DNA from: Candidatus Woesearchaeota archaeon
GTDB taxonomy: Archaea > Nanobdellota > Nanobdellia > Woesearchaeales > JABMPP01
Direction of reading: 5' to 3'
NCBI GenBank assembly: GCA_018303405.1
Contig: JAGVYD010000011.1
Span: 15,257-79,256, forward strand
Length of the DNA: 64,000 nt
The notes beneath the pieces are model-generated. The model was not told where the DNA came from and ran no database searches. It saw only the letters and a list, made by a program, of their open reading frames with translations. The first letter of the stretch is position 1. Each line of letters begins with the position of its first letter. The translations under genes and the position numbers were made by a program. Below are positions 29,440-39,303 of this stretch, piece after piece.

Positions 29440-29638
29440 ATGCCGTAATAAAAAGATGTCTTATTTAACTTTTTGCCCAAAAAGTCCTCATCCTGCCCAA
29501 ATAGTCGGACTTTTTATAGATTTCTTGGGCAAAGCCTATTTTTAGATAAAAAGTAACTGTATACCAACAGTGTACGCAATTGAAGAAAACAGTCAATGAC
29601 AAGCTAACCATAAACCTATACGACTTGGATTGATGCAT

Positions 29639-30274
29639 TCAATCCTTCTGACGCTTATGCTCTTCGCCCTTTTCTTCCTTTTGTTTCCTTTTCCTTGATT
29701 TTCTCCTGTAAATCAGATAGCCAATGCCTGCGAGAATGGCAATCAGGATGACCCAGTCCCATGGGATTGGGTGGGTTGTAAAGAATGAAAGCCCTTCAGG
29801 CGGGACCAGCTCTTTTTCATACGGGGCTTCGACCACGCTTGGCGTTGCCGCGAAATCAAGCGTTGCATAAAGCTTCTGCATCTCTGACTTTCCCTCAGCC
29901 AGTCTGCTTATCGGGCCGTACATTGTAAGAAGATAAGTGTGGTCCTTGTACGGGTAGCGGCTGAAAATGAAAAAGACTTCTTTGTTCGCAATGACTGCCT
30001 CCTCAATATCGCCAATCTTTCCAGTGCTTTCAATCTTGCCTTCGATCGACAGGGCGAATTCCTCAGTCCCAACCAATTGGCTCTGGCTGGCCTTTATATC
30101 CAGATACAAGTCATTTCCTTTCACAAATTGCTGGCTCGCGCTGTTCTGCTCATAGATATCCCAGCCCGGCAGCTCAAAAATAAGGTACGCCTGCTGGTAG
30201 GCTGAGGCAGGCGCCATCAGCATAACCATTGCAATTATCAGGATGTGTATTTTGCAACCCATTTTCCCACCCAC
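29639..30274 (-). CDS. Secreted, C-terminally membrane-anchored hypothetical protein
   Basis: 211 aa. Signal peptide (ILIIAMVMLMAPASA), extracellular domain, C-terminal TM helix (WVILIAILAGIGYLIY) and a lysine-rich tail. Confidence 0.4.
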   Translation of the reverse strand: MGGKMGCKIHILIIAMVMLMAPASAYQQAYLIFELPGWDIYEQNSASQQFVKGNDLYLDIKASQSQLVGTEEFALSIEGKIESTGKIGDIEEAVIANKEVFFIFSRYPYKDHTYLLTMYGPISRLAEGKSEMQKLYATLDFAATPSVVEAPYEKELVPPEGLSFFTTHPIPWDWVILIAILAGIGYLIYRRKSRKRKQKEEKGEEHKRQKD

Positions 30275-32082
30275 AGGAGCAAGTTTTCCTTTAGTCCCCC
30301 GCTCACCTCTATCTTGCCGTTGTTCCAGGCTTCCTTCAATCTCATCTCGCCTGAAGCGAGCTTAAGGAATGTTTCCTTGTCAATTGTGACTTTGTATGTC
30401 GCAGGCTTTGCTGTGCCGATATTCACGTCTGTCAAAGCGTAGCTTTCCAATGCGAAGTATGCCTTAAAGTCTGTATCCTTGTCATTGTAATTTCCAAGGC
30501 CCGGCACGATTATCTGCACTGTATTATATTTTCCATCAATCAATTTATCGAAAAAAACATATGCCCCCCTGCCCCGCAGGTCCTGCAGAAGGGTGGATAT
30601 CCAACCCTCATCCTTTGCCTCCTTTTCATTTTCCGCTTTGATTGCCTGGCCGTATGCTTCCGACTGGCCAACGGCGATATCAGCGCTCATCTGCTCAGCG
30701 CTCTTCAGGTTTTCAATGGCTATTGATTTGATTGCCTTGAGCCACTCGCCGTCCCTCTTGTCATGGTTTATCTCTTCCACAATTGCCATGAGCTTGTCCA
30801 TTGTCTCAGGCTGGCTGGCCATGTCCATGTGGCCATAATTCACAGATTCTGTGCTTGTTGCCCTGTCCCATTGGAAGCCTTTCTTGTGCACGGTCTCGTC
30901 GCCTTCAAGGGAATCGACCCTGACAAATCTCCTGGCAGTGAACTGGAATGGAAAGGCCAATGGCATGCTTAATCCATCAGGCCCTGTTATCATCTGGTCG
31001 GTGTCATAAGTCTCGTAAGATGTGAAAATCTCGTCCTTGACAACAAACTGCTGGGTCGTATTCTTATTGTCGCCATGAATTATCGCAATCCTTATGGAAT
31101 CATCAACCTTAAGATTGTCGAATTTCTGGCGAAATGCCTTTGTCTGTGCATAGATTCCCTTGCTCAGCCCTGAATATTTTTGCTCGAGGAATTTTGTGAC
31201 CTCCCCCTGGCTTGTTATTCCTGCATCCCTCATCTCAGCAAAATCCTGGCTCGGTATGTGCCTTGCCTGCTGGTAATTTATCCCTTTAAGGAATGTTTCA
31301 TCAAGCGAGACCAGGCTGCCGTCTTTTGTTGTGAACTCGTGGTTAGGCGAAAGATGGAACACACCTGGCCAGTTGTGGCCAATTTCCCAGACATGGTTGA
31401 TTGTAATTAATGCCGTTGCATCGAAATTATACCCCTCTGTCAATGACTGGAAGCCGCGGGGCGCGCCATTAAGCGGGCTTGACAGGAAAATAACACCTGC
31501 AACCTTGTCGGGATTTTCAGCTGCATACATCTTTGCCTGCAGCCCCCCCATGCTGTGCGCAACAAGAATCACCTTGTCTGATTTTGTCTCCTTCAATACC
31601 TCCTTCACTTTTTTATCAAGGCTTTTTTCAATCTTGTAGAGCTGGTCATCAGTAGGGAGCCTGAAATCATAGGGGTGGTCAAAATATGCCTTGCCCTGGT
31701 AGGTCAGGCCGCCCACGTAGCCGTTGAAAGTGTAGGGGGTCTTGGTGTTCATGTAATCGTAGAATCCTGTATAAATTTTTTTGAAGCCCCAAACAGTCCT
31801 CAGGACATACTTGGGCTCAATGTCAGAGCCCTCTATCACTGGCGTTTTCCCATCATCCTTCAATGCCAGCTCCATCCTGTCTTCCTGGGGATTTCCTGGC
31901 CAGAGATTGTCTGCCATGGTCCAGCGGTTGTTGTCATCCAGTGCTGACCCCATAATGCCAGGAACGAAAATTATCGGGGAATGGTAAGGAGCTTTTGCCT
32001 CATAGCCAAAGCCCTGCACATAGAGTGCACTGGCTCCTTGCACCATAAGAAGAAATAACACAACTAAAATTATCCCCCTCAT
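30238..32082 (-). CDS. Secreted LCAT-like alpha/beta-hydrolase lipase with C-terminal SCP2-like domain
   Basis: 614 aa with signal peptide. VPGIMGSAL and AHSMGG (GxSxG nucleophile elbow) fit the lecithin:cholesterol-acyltransferase/lipase family. The C-terminal about 100 aa (...LKLASGEMRLKEAWNNGKIEVSGGLKENLLLW) resembles the SCP2 sterol-carrier fold. Confidence 0.55.
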   Translation of the reverse strand: MRGIILVVLFLLMVQGASALYVQGFGYEAKAPYHSPIIFVPGIMGSALDDNNRWTMADNLWPGNPQEDRMELALKDDGKTPVIEGSDIEPKYVLRTVWGFKKIYTGFYDYMNTKTPYTFNGYVGGLTYQGKAYFDHPYDFRLPTDDQLYKIEKSLDKKVKEVLKETKSDKVILVAHSMGGLQAKMYAAENPDKVAGVIFLSSPLNGAPRGFQSLTEGYNFDATALITINHVWEIGHNWPGVFHLSPNHEFTTKDGSLVSLDETFLKGINYQQARHIPSQDFAEMRDAGITSQGEVTKFLEQKYSGLSKGIYAQTKAFRQKFDNLKVDDSIRIAIIHGDNKNTTQQFVVKDEIFTSYETYDTDQMITGPDGLSMPLAFPFQFTARRFVRVDSLEGDETVHKKGFQWDRATSTESVNYGHMDMASQPETMDKLMAIVEEINHDKRDGEWLKAIKSIAIENLKSAEQMSADIAVGQSEAYGQAIKAENEKEAKDEGWISTLLQDLRGRGAYVFFDKLIDGKYNTVQIIVPGLGNYNDKDTDFKAYFALESYALTDVNIGTAKPATYKVTIDKETFLKLASGEMRLKEAWNNGKIEVSGGLKENLLLWVGKWVAKYTS

Positions 32083-32166
32083 TTCAAAATCCTATACCTA
32101 ATCCTATTTAAATATTGGTTTTTCAAGAAGAGGATTTACATATATTTTGAAACATCCCCAGAAATT

Positions 32167-32352
32167 CTATTTCTGCCTGCTCCTGATTGACTTTCCTGTC
32201 TGCCAGCCCCAGCTTCTTACCCTGGCCGAATTCCCATAGCCGCAGCTTGCGCAGGTCTTCCTGTTCACATGGTAGGAATGCCTTCCGCATCTCCTGCAGC
32301 GTATATGGCTGCCAGACTTGTTGTGCTTACCCTTTGAAGGCGTTCCTTTCAT
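32167..32352 (-). CDS. rpl37e: Ribosomal protein L37e
   Basis: 61 aa with C4 zinc ribbon [20 protein letters not shown], diagnostic for L37e. Confidence 0.9.
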   Translation of the reverse strand: MKGTPSKGKHNKSGSHIRCRRCGRHSYHVNRKTCASCGYGNSARVRSWGWQTGKSIRSRQK

Positions 32353-32398
32353 GCTTCATCACATCACGCGTAGCAGGCTGCATTTTTATAACGGCTGC

Positions 32399-32635
32399 TT
32401 AATCGGAAGATATCACTGTTATTGTGTCTCCCCTTAAGAAGACTGAGTTGAGCTTGCGTTTTATCTCGCCGTCAATTCTCTCTTCACAATCCTCAAGAAC
32501 CACATTGATATGGATGTCAAAAGCTTTTAGCTTCCCAACATACTGCCTGCCGTTCTTCAATTCAACCAATACTCTTTTGTCTCTCGCTCTGTTCAATGTG
32601 TCCAAAGGCCTTGATAATTCTGGCATATAAAACAC
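32399..32635 (-). CDS. Sm-like archaeal protein (SmAP/LSm)
   Basis: 78 aa with Sm1 (VLVELKNGRQYVGKLKAFDIHINVVL) and Sm2 (VFLRGDTITVI) motifs. Classic L37e-LSm gene pair. Confidence 0.85.
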   Translation of the reverse strand: MFYMPELSRPLDTLNRARDKRVLVELKNGRQYVGKLKAFDIHINVVLEDCEERIDGEIKRKLNSVFLRGDTITVISSD

Positions 32636-32780
32636 CCCTCATCAAATCAAAAATTTTGAATATTTCCAAGTTATTATATTTGCTTTATAAAGTTTAGCTT
32701 TCAATATTCTTCGGATTCAGGCGGACGCCCGGTGCCTCCAATCACAAACCTTTAAAAATACCCTATTTTTCCAATAGGCT

Positions 32781-33161
32781 ATGGTTATTACACAGACAAA
32801 AAGCAGGAGAACGCCGAGCGGCGGAATCTATCAAAATTATCGAAAGCTGCGGCAGTATGAAACAGGCAGCATGCCGACCCTGACCAAGATTGGAAAGACA
32901 AAGCTCAAGCAGGAAAAGACAACTGGCGGGAATGTCAGGACAAAACTGCTGACAGCAGACATTGCGAATGTCCTCGACCCAAAGACAAAGAAATTCCACA
33001 AGGCAAAGATTGAGACTGTGGTTGAGAACCCGGCGAACAGGCATTACGTCAGGCGAAACATAATCACCAAAGGCACAATTATCCAGACAGACAAGGGCAA
33101 GGCAAGGGTCACATCAAGGCCTGGCCAGACCGGGACTGTAAATGCTGTTCTTATGCAATAG
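32781..33161 (+). CDS. rps8e: Ribosomal protein S8e
   Basis: 126 aa, basic. C-terminal KARVTSRPGQTG motif typical of S8e. Confidence 0.8.
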   Translation: MVITQTKSRRTPSGGIYQNYRKLRQYETGSMPTLTKIGKTKLKQEKTTGGNVRTKLLTADIANVLDPKTKKFHKAKIETVVENPANRHYVRRNIITKGTIIQTDKGKARVTSRPGQTGTVNAVLMQ

Positions 33162-33258
33162 CCGTTCTTATGCATAAATAGGGGGCTGGGCATTCTATCA
33201 ATTTTCTATAATTTTTTCTCGACATAAGCCTGATTTCCATTCAATCCCCCCATAACTT

Positions 33259-34719
33259 TTGTCACTTTGGAATAGCTATTTAAATCAGGAACCATGGCTA
33301 CTGCCCGTGGAAGACACTCTGACCAGAAGCCATATCAGGAACTTAATTAACGGCGATAGTTTCAGGCCCATACCCATTTTTCCCATCAGCCCGCGCTATT
33401 ATGCAATGGTGTTCCCGAATCGTGCTTACCTGCTTCTATCCCATGAACTCATTTCAGATTGGCAAATTCAGTTCCCAAGCGAAAAAAAACGGCGCATTGG
33501 GCAATGGTCGCGGGGCATGACTGAGCAGGAGCATGAGCCGCTTTTCCCAATACCTGATGAGCATCTGGAAATTTTGGGCAGCCCAAAAGCCCTTGAGGAG
33601 AAAATCAGGCAGGGAATAAGGAATATGCACGGCAGCTACAAGATGTGGGACAATGCCTGGCACCAGGTTGTTTCCGAAGCCACCATCAATGGGCCCAATG
33701 TCTACGGCGTGGTGGATTCCAAGAGAAGCAGGAGCATGCGAGCAAGGAAGGAAATGAGGGGGCATATGCATGACCCTGGGTTTGCCAACGCATTCATCGA
33801 GCATGGAAAATTTCCTGACAACCTCAAGTCATTCTCAACTTCGCCTGATTTCGCATTTACAACCAGGAAAACAGGCACGACCCTGGATTACAAGGATGCC
33901 ACCCTATGCACGCTCCTGCATTATGTTGAAAAAGTGACGCAGGGCGATCCGCGCGATTATGCCCGGAACGGATTGCTGATTTCGCATCCCCCTCCAAAAA
34001 ATTCAGAGCTGGCCATACTTTATGACAACCAGAATCCTGGCAATTCTGCCTTGGCGCAGGAAGCCATTTATGCCCGGTTTGGACTCGACAAATCATTGTA
34101 CGCCCTGGACAGGAGACTGTTCAGGCACAGGGAAGCGCTGAGGGCATGGGCGCAACACTATCTGGATAACGACCCAAGCATTCATTTTGCTGTTGTCCGG
34201 CAGGCGCTGAAGGAGCGCGATGCTGTTGCACTGGCCAGGCCAGACGCAGCCAAAAAAATAGCAGAAAGGAAATACGCCTCAAGGCTGATCCACCAGCACC
34301 TTTCGGGCATGGACATGAGAAAAGTCGGCAATGTTGTGATGTTTGCCGGCACGCCGTATGAAACAGTGGGGGTAAGGTTTGAAAACAGGCTTGAATATGC
34401 AGAAGTGGCCCTTCTTGGCGCAATGGAGGACGATGTGTACCTTGTTGTCCAGGGGCAAAGGACATTTGCCAGGAGAAATCTCACTGATGACGGCCATGAG
34501 GTGTATGACGGGAAGCATCCAATTGCCTTCCTCTCCACCAGGAATTCCGATATGCCGCTCAATATCATGAATGACAGCACAAAAACAAGGTCGCCGGCGC
34601 GCATCCAGATCGTCGGCAATTTCAACTATACCACGGAACATAAAAGAATGTACAGGCAGCTTCTTGAGAAGCATGCAGGCGACAGGAAGGAACGGCTGAT
34701 TAGGGATTTAAGGCTTTGA
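33259..34719 (+). CDS. Hypothetical protein (486 aa), unknown function
   Basis: Long ORF with noticeably higher GC than its neighbours (many antisense shadow ORFs). No recognisable motif. The true start may be internal. Confidence 0.35.
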   Translation: MSLWNSYLNQEPWLLPVEDTLTRSHIRNLINGDSFRPIPIFPISPRYYAMVFPNRAYLLLSHELISDWQIQFPSEKKRRIGQWSRGMTEQEHEPLFPIPDEHLEILGSPKALEEKIRQGIRNMHGSYKMWDNAWHQVVSEATINGPNVYGVVDSKRSRSMRARKEMRGHMHDPGFANAFIEHGKFPDNLKSFSTSPDFAFTTRKTGTTLDYKDATLCTLLHYVEKVTQGDPRDYARNGLLISHPPPKNSELAILYDNQNPGNSALAQEAIYARFGLDKSLYALDRRLFRHREALRAWAQHYLDNDPSIHFAVVRQALKERDAVALARPDAAKKIAERKYASRLIHQHLSGMDMRKVGNVVMFAGTPYETVGVRFENRLEYAEVALLGAMEDDVYLVVQGQRTFARRNLTDDGHEVYDGKHPIAFLSTRNSDMPLNIMNDSTKTRSPARIQIVGNFNYTTEHKRMYRQLLEKHAGDRKERLIRDLRL

Positions 34720-35439
34720 AACAGCATTTTCTTTGGCTGAATTATTTTTCTCATCCATCATTTCCTTGAGCCTGACCTCGCCAAGCGGCTCATCATCCCT
34801 GGCAATCCTGAAGCTGGCTTTCATCTCCGGCCAAAACTCCCTGTTGTAAACCATATTTATTATTGCAATGGTCACCATCGCAATCAAGGCGCCTATGCCT
34901 GCAGCAAGCATATCCTTTTGCGCATCCCAGATGTCGCCCTGCGCGCCCAGAAACGCAATGCCTGCTGCTGAGCCAACGCTTGACGCTGCAAGCCATTCCA
35001 CGATTTCATAAATCGCTGAGAATGAAAGGGTAAGGTCAAGCGGCAGATAATACCCCCAAAATCCCCTTGCCCTTGCCAGCCTCACAAAAACTTCACGGAC
35101 TGGATAGGCCAGCAGAAAACCAAATGAGAAATGCACAAGGCGGTCATACATGTTTCTTGTTGCGCCAAACCAATTTTGCAGGACATAGCCAAAGGGCACT
35201 TCAGCATAGGTGTAATGCGAGCCAATGACGTGCAAAACCATGAAGACAGTAATCACTGTGTAGGAAACATTGGAGAGCCTGAAATATATCCCAGTAAGGA
35301 TGATTATCGGCACAAAAAAGAAAACAAGGTAATTTTCAAGGAGCCAGTCATCCGGATAAATAGGGTTGACAGCTGCCCACAGCCAAAAGCCAAAGAATAC
35401 GACAAAAAGAAATATCCTGTAGATTGTCCCTTTTTTCAT
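34708..35439 (-). CDS. Membrane protein (DUF2238/YjdF-like), putative
   Basis: 243 aa with about 5 TM helices. Overall architecture recalls DUF2238 inner-membrane proteins. Assignment from memory, not verified. Confidence 0.4.
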   Translation of the reverse strand: MKKGTIYRIFLFVVFFGFWLWAAVNPIYPDDWLLENYLVFFFVPIIILTGIYFRLSNVSYTVITVFMVLHVIGSHYTYAEVPFGYVLQNWFGATRNMYDRLVHFSFGFLLAYPVREVFVRLARARGFWGYYLPLDLTLSFSAIYEIVEWLAASSVGSAAGIAFLGAQGDIWDAQKDMLAAGIGALIAMVTIAIINMVYNREFWPEMKASFRIARDDEPLGEVRLKEMMDEKNNSAKENAVSKP

Positions 35440-35484
35440 GCCAGCAGCCTTGCCGTGGAATTTGCATAGATTATTATAAATATT

Positions 35485-36120
35485 TTGTTATTTACGCTCA
35501 TGAGGAGCAAAAGTGGCAAAATCATTGCACTATACAACTCTTTGCTGAAAAGGCATGGCAGGCAGGGCTGGTGGCCAATCAATGGAAAATACCATCCAAA
35601 TAATTATTCTCAGCCGCGAAATGAACAGGAAAGGCTGGAAATTTGCGTCGGTGCAATACTCACGCAAAATACTTCATGGAAAAATGTGGAAAAGGCGCTG
35701 AATGAGCTCAGAAAAAATAAGATTTTGTCAAGAAAGGGAATTTTGAAAGCCCCGACCAGGAAACTCGCGAAAATAATCAGGTCATCAGGATACCACAACC
35801 AAAAAGCCAGGAAATTGAAAATTTTTGCGGCATACATTGGTAGCATTAACAGGGAGAATCTTCTTTCACTGTGGGGAATTGGCCCGGAAACTGCTGATTC
35901 AATCCTGCTCTACGCATACAAGAAGCCTTTCTTTGTGATTGACAGCTACACAAAAAGGGTCATGGCTGCGCGTGGCCTGTGCAACCCGCATGCAACGTAC
36001 GATGAGATGCAGAAAATATTCCACGCCAGCCTGCCAAAGGACTACAAACTCTACAATGAGTTCCATGCATTGATTGTGGAGGAAGCGAAACTGGCAAAAA
36101 AGGCAGGCATAAAGGATTAG
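35485..36120 (+). CDS. HhH-GPD superfamily DNA glycosylase (endonuclease III-like, no Fe-S cluster)
   Basis: 211 aa. Helix-hairpin-helix LWGIGPETADSILLYA and catalytic Asp region (VIDSYTKRV). Lacks the C-terminal 4-Cys cluster, so resembles MagIII/AlkA-like members. Confidence 0.65.
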   Translation: MLFTLMRSKSGKIIALYNSLLKRHGRQGWWPINGKYHPNNYSQPRNEQERLEICVGAILTQNTSWKNVEKALNELRKNKILSRKGILKAPTRKLAKIIRSSGYHNQKARKLKIFAAYIGSINRENLLSLWGIGPETADSILLYAYKKPFFVIDSYTKRVMAARGLCNPHATYDEMQKIFHASLPKDYKLYNEFHALIVEEAKLAKKAGIKD

Positions 36121-36182
36121 TCTGAAACATAAGCATAAACCACAAGCAAAAAACATAAATAGCCAGGATTCGCCGTAATCCT

Positions 36183-37097
36183 ATGACAATTATCTTTAAA
36201 TTTTTCAAATCCCCCCGCAGGAAATTAGTGATCGAAGTTGAAAAGAAATTGATAAGCCTCGAGACTCTGCTGCACACCATTTCTGAGGAGGAGGAAGAAC
36301 TCTTTAGCCTTCGGATAATGTCTGAGCTCCCCGAGCATAACCTGAGAAAAAGAAGCCTGATTTTTCACAGGGTTCAGGCGCTGTCAAATGAAATAATAGC
36401 CTCCATCTCAAAATTGCTGATAGTGGAAACTGAATTCAAGGAAGCATTGCGGGACGAAATCAAAAAAAGCGTGTACCAGCCGTCGACCATGGAAAAATGC
36501 GAGGAGGTCTTAAGAAAGCTCTTCTTGAAGCTGCACCGGCTTAATGATATCCTAATCAAGCAGAATGAGGATCTTGGGGCGGAGGCCAAAAATTCAAAAG
36601 GCAAAAAATCACCAATAATGCCTTCTTTTCAGCTTGCGGGGAAGGATGAGCAGGGGGAATTGTACAAAGACCTGCAGGACACCTTCGAGAAAATACTTCT
36701 GAGGATAGTAATCCTGAAATCCCTCGAGGTGGAACACGAGCGCCTCATGGAAACCTGGGACTTGATCAAGAATGGGCATAAGGATGTGAAATGTTCGGCT
36801 GAGTTCAGGGCATGCCGCCTGGTCAATCATAACAATGAAAGGGAAATTGAAAAACTGCTCATAAGGGCAAGCAACAACCTGAATGACGCAAGCACCATGG
36901 GGGAATTTTTGGTATACCCTGCCAAATTAGGGGGCTATAATGCAGTTTATTATGTGGATAGAAAAATTGTGCATTTTTGTGACATTTTTCACCATAGTGA
37001 CAACTGGACAATTGCCCTGGCAATGCAGCGGGGAGACAAGCTTAGGAGGAATTACCACGATTTCAACCAGCTTAGGCTGCCCTTAGTTGAATTGTAG
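36183..37097 (+). CDS. Hypothetical protein (304 aa)
   Basis: Charged, probably helical/coiled-coil N-terminal half. No recognisable motif. Confidence 0.3.
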   Translation: MTIIFKFFKSPRRKLVIEVEKKLISLETLLHTISEEEEELFSLRIMSELPEHNLRKRSLIFHRVQALSNEIIASISKLLIVETEFKEALRDEIKKSVYQPSTMEKCEEVLRKLFLKLHRLNDILIKQNEDLGAEAKNSKGKKSPIMPSFQLAGKDEQGELYKDLQDTFEKILLRIVILKSLEVEHERLMETWDLIKNGHKDVKCSAEFRACRLVNHNNEREIEKLLIRASNNLNDASTMGEFLVYPAKLGGYNAVYYVDRKIVHFCDIFHHSDNWTIALAMQRGDKLRRNYHDFNQLRLPLVEL

Positions 37098-37137
37098 GAA
37101 AATAAGCTGAATAAGTTCCATGCCAATCATTATCCAC

Positions 37138-38457
37138 TTAATTTTGTATGATCTTAGAAATCCTGTTCTGCATCTTAAGCATCAAGTCCTTTGTGTCGGC
37201 CTCAAGATTCAGCCTCAGCAGCGGCTCTGTGTTTGACGGCCTGACATTGAACCACCAGTCACCATACTCAATCTTGATCCCGTCAAGGCGGCTAACATTC
37301 CCGTCGTAAAAAATCTTCTCCAGCTCCTTCATCTTGGCTTCCTTGTCCTTGACCTTGAAATTGATTTCGTCTGTCTTGTGGTATTTCCTGAGCGGCGCAA
37401 CAAGCTCGGAGAGCTTTTTGCCGGACTCTGACATCATCTTCATAATAATCAATGTAGACATGATGGAGCTTTCGCAATACGAATTTTCCCTGTAGTAGAA
37501 ATGGGCGCTGACTTCGCCTGCAAAGATGGCATTCTCCTTTCTCATCCTTTCCTTGATGTAGGAATGCCCAACCCTGCTCATGATTGCCCTGCCGCCTTCT
37601 GCCTCGATGACCTCCTTGACAACCCTGGATGCCCGCAGGTCGTAAAGCACTGCGCTTTTGGGATTGTCCTTGATAAGCCGTTGCGCTATGAGGGCAGTGA
37701 TAAGGTCGCCTGGCACAGTATTGCCTTTCTCGTCAAGGAACATGCACCTGTCAGCATCGCCGTCCGGCGCAACGCCCAGGTCTGCCTTCTTGATGATAAC
37801 CTCATCCCTCAAATCCTTCAGGTTTTGCGGAATAAGGGGGTTTGCCTCATGATTTGGAAAATTGCCGTCAAGCTCAGGGTAAAGGCACTGAAAATCACAG
37901 TTAATCCTGGAAAAAACAGCGGGAAAGGTAAGGCCGCCCATGCCATTGGCAGTGTCTGCAACAACCTTGAGCCTTTTGAGGCCTTTTGCATATTTTAAGT
38001 TAAATTCAATGAAAGCGTCCATAAAGTCCTTTTTGACAATCCTCCCTTTTTTTGCAGAAGGCTTGGCGAAATTATTCTTGGCCACCATCTCGCCCATTTT
38101 CTCCAGGCCATTTTCATAGGTGATTGGGCTGGCATTCCTGCCGCAGCATTTCATGCCATTGTATACTCCTGGATTGTGGGAGGCGGTTACCATAAGGGCT
38201 GCAGGGTAATCCTTTGCGCAGAAATAAAACATCGGCGTGTCTACAAGGCCGGCATGGACCACATCCGCGCCTTCGTCTGTTATGCCTTTTGCAACTGACT
38301 CAAAGAGCGACGGGGAGCTGCTGCGCATGTCGTTCCCCACAAGAACTTCCTTTGCCTTGAGCAGCTTCACAAAGGCACGGCCTATTTTATAGGCAGTTTC
38401 CTCATTAAGCTCATTTGGATATATTCCCCTGATGTCATAAGCCTTGAAAATCCCCAT
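37138..38457 (-). CDS. Phosphomannomutase/phosphoglucomutase family protein
   Basis: 439 aa. Active-site TASHNPGVYNG (phosphoserine loop) and metal-binding DGDADR motif of alpha-D-phosphohexomutases. Confidence 0.8.
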   Translation of the reverse strand: MGIFKAYDIRGIYPNELNEETAYKIGRAFVKLLKAKEVLVGNDMRSSSPSLFESVAKGITDEGADVVHAGLVDTPMFYFCAKDYPAALMVTASHNPGVYNGMKCCGRNASPITYENGLEKMGEMVAKNNFAKPSAKKGRIVKKDFMDAFIEFNLKYAKGLKRLKVVADTANGMGGLTFPAVFSRINCDFQCLYPELDGNFPNHEANPLIPQNLKDLRDEVIIKKADLGVAPDGDADRCMFLDEKGNTVPGDLITALIAQRLIKDNPKSAVLYDLRASRVVKEVIEAEGGRAIMSRVGHSYIKERMRKENAIFAGEVSAHFYYRENSYCESSIMSTLIIMKMMSESGKKLSELVAPLRKYHKTDEINFKVKDKEAKMKELEKIFYDGNVSRLDGIKIEYGDWWFNVRPSNTEPLLRLNLEADTKDLMLKMQNRISKIIQN

Positions 38458-38466
38458 GATTAAGCC

Positions 38467-39303
38467 TCACCCAATATCTTTCCATTCCTTCAGGGCTCTT
38501 TCATACCTTTCGATATTGCCAGTATCAAACCATTGCCCAGAAAACGGGTAGCCGTACAATTTTCCCTTTTGCGCCAATTTTGGAAACACATCCTTTTCCA
38601 GCATTGTAAAGCCCCTCTTGATCATGCTGATAACCTCTGGCTCAATAATGTAAAATCCTGAGTTGATAAGGTTGCTCGGCGCCTCGTGCTTTTTTGGCTT
38701 CTCCACAAACTCAAGAATCCTGGAGCCTGACAATTTCGCCACCCCGTACTGGGTGGGGTCAACCACTGTTGTCAGCGCTATTGTCACCAATGCCTTGTTC
38801 TCCTTGTGCACCTTGTACATCTCTTCGATGTTAAGGTCCTTGAGCTCATCGCCATTAGAGACAATAAACGATTCATTGAGGAGATTTTTTGCCAGCCTCA
38901 ATGGCCCTGCTGTCCCCAGCGGCCTGGTTTCCTCGACATAAGTCAGCCTTATTCCGAATTTCGAGCCGTCGCCATAATGGCTCTTGATCTTGTCCCTCAT
39001 ATGGCCAACTGCCATAACAATGTCCCTGATGTCATATTTCTTGAACAAGTCAAAAAGATGCTCAGTCAGCGTCTTGTTGTGCACCGGAATCAGGGCTTTC
39101 GGGATTTCATAAGTTATGGGCCTTAGCCTTGTTCCCTGGCCGCCAGCCAGTATAACCGCCCTGCGCGGGACATTTGCCTTCAGCGCCTTGAGTATCAAAA
39201 GCTCCACTGCATGGCTCCTGTTTTTTATCTCAAAGCCATCAACTTTTGCGTCCACATCCTTGAGGACATTCTTGTCCAGGGTAAGCGTGACTCTTTCCTT
39301 CAT
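38467..39303 (-). CDS. Sugar-1-phosphate nucleotidyltransferase with N-terminal RHH-like extension
   Basis: 278 aa. Core ILAGGQGTRLRPIT...LGTAGPL matches G1P thymidylyl-/M1P guanylyl-transferases. About 45 aa precede the usual MKAVILAGG start and look like a ribbon-helix-helix (RVTLTLDKNVLKDVD...HAVELLILKALK). Confidence 0.7.
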   Translation of the reverse strand: MKERVTLTLDKNVLKDVDAKVDGFEIKNRSHAVELLILKALKANVPRRAVILAGGQGTRLRPITYEIPKALIPVHNKTLTEHLFDLFKKYDIRDIVMAVGHMRDKIKSHYGDGSKFGIRLTYVEETRPLGTAGPLRLAKNLLNESFIVSNGDELKDLNIEEMYKVHKENKALVTIALTTVVDPTQYGVAKLSGSRILEFVEKPKKHEAPSNLINSGFYIIEPEVISMIKRGFTMLEKDVFPKLAQKGKLYGYPFSGQWFDTGNIERYERALKEWKDIG

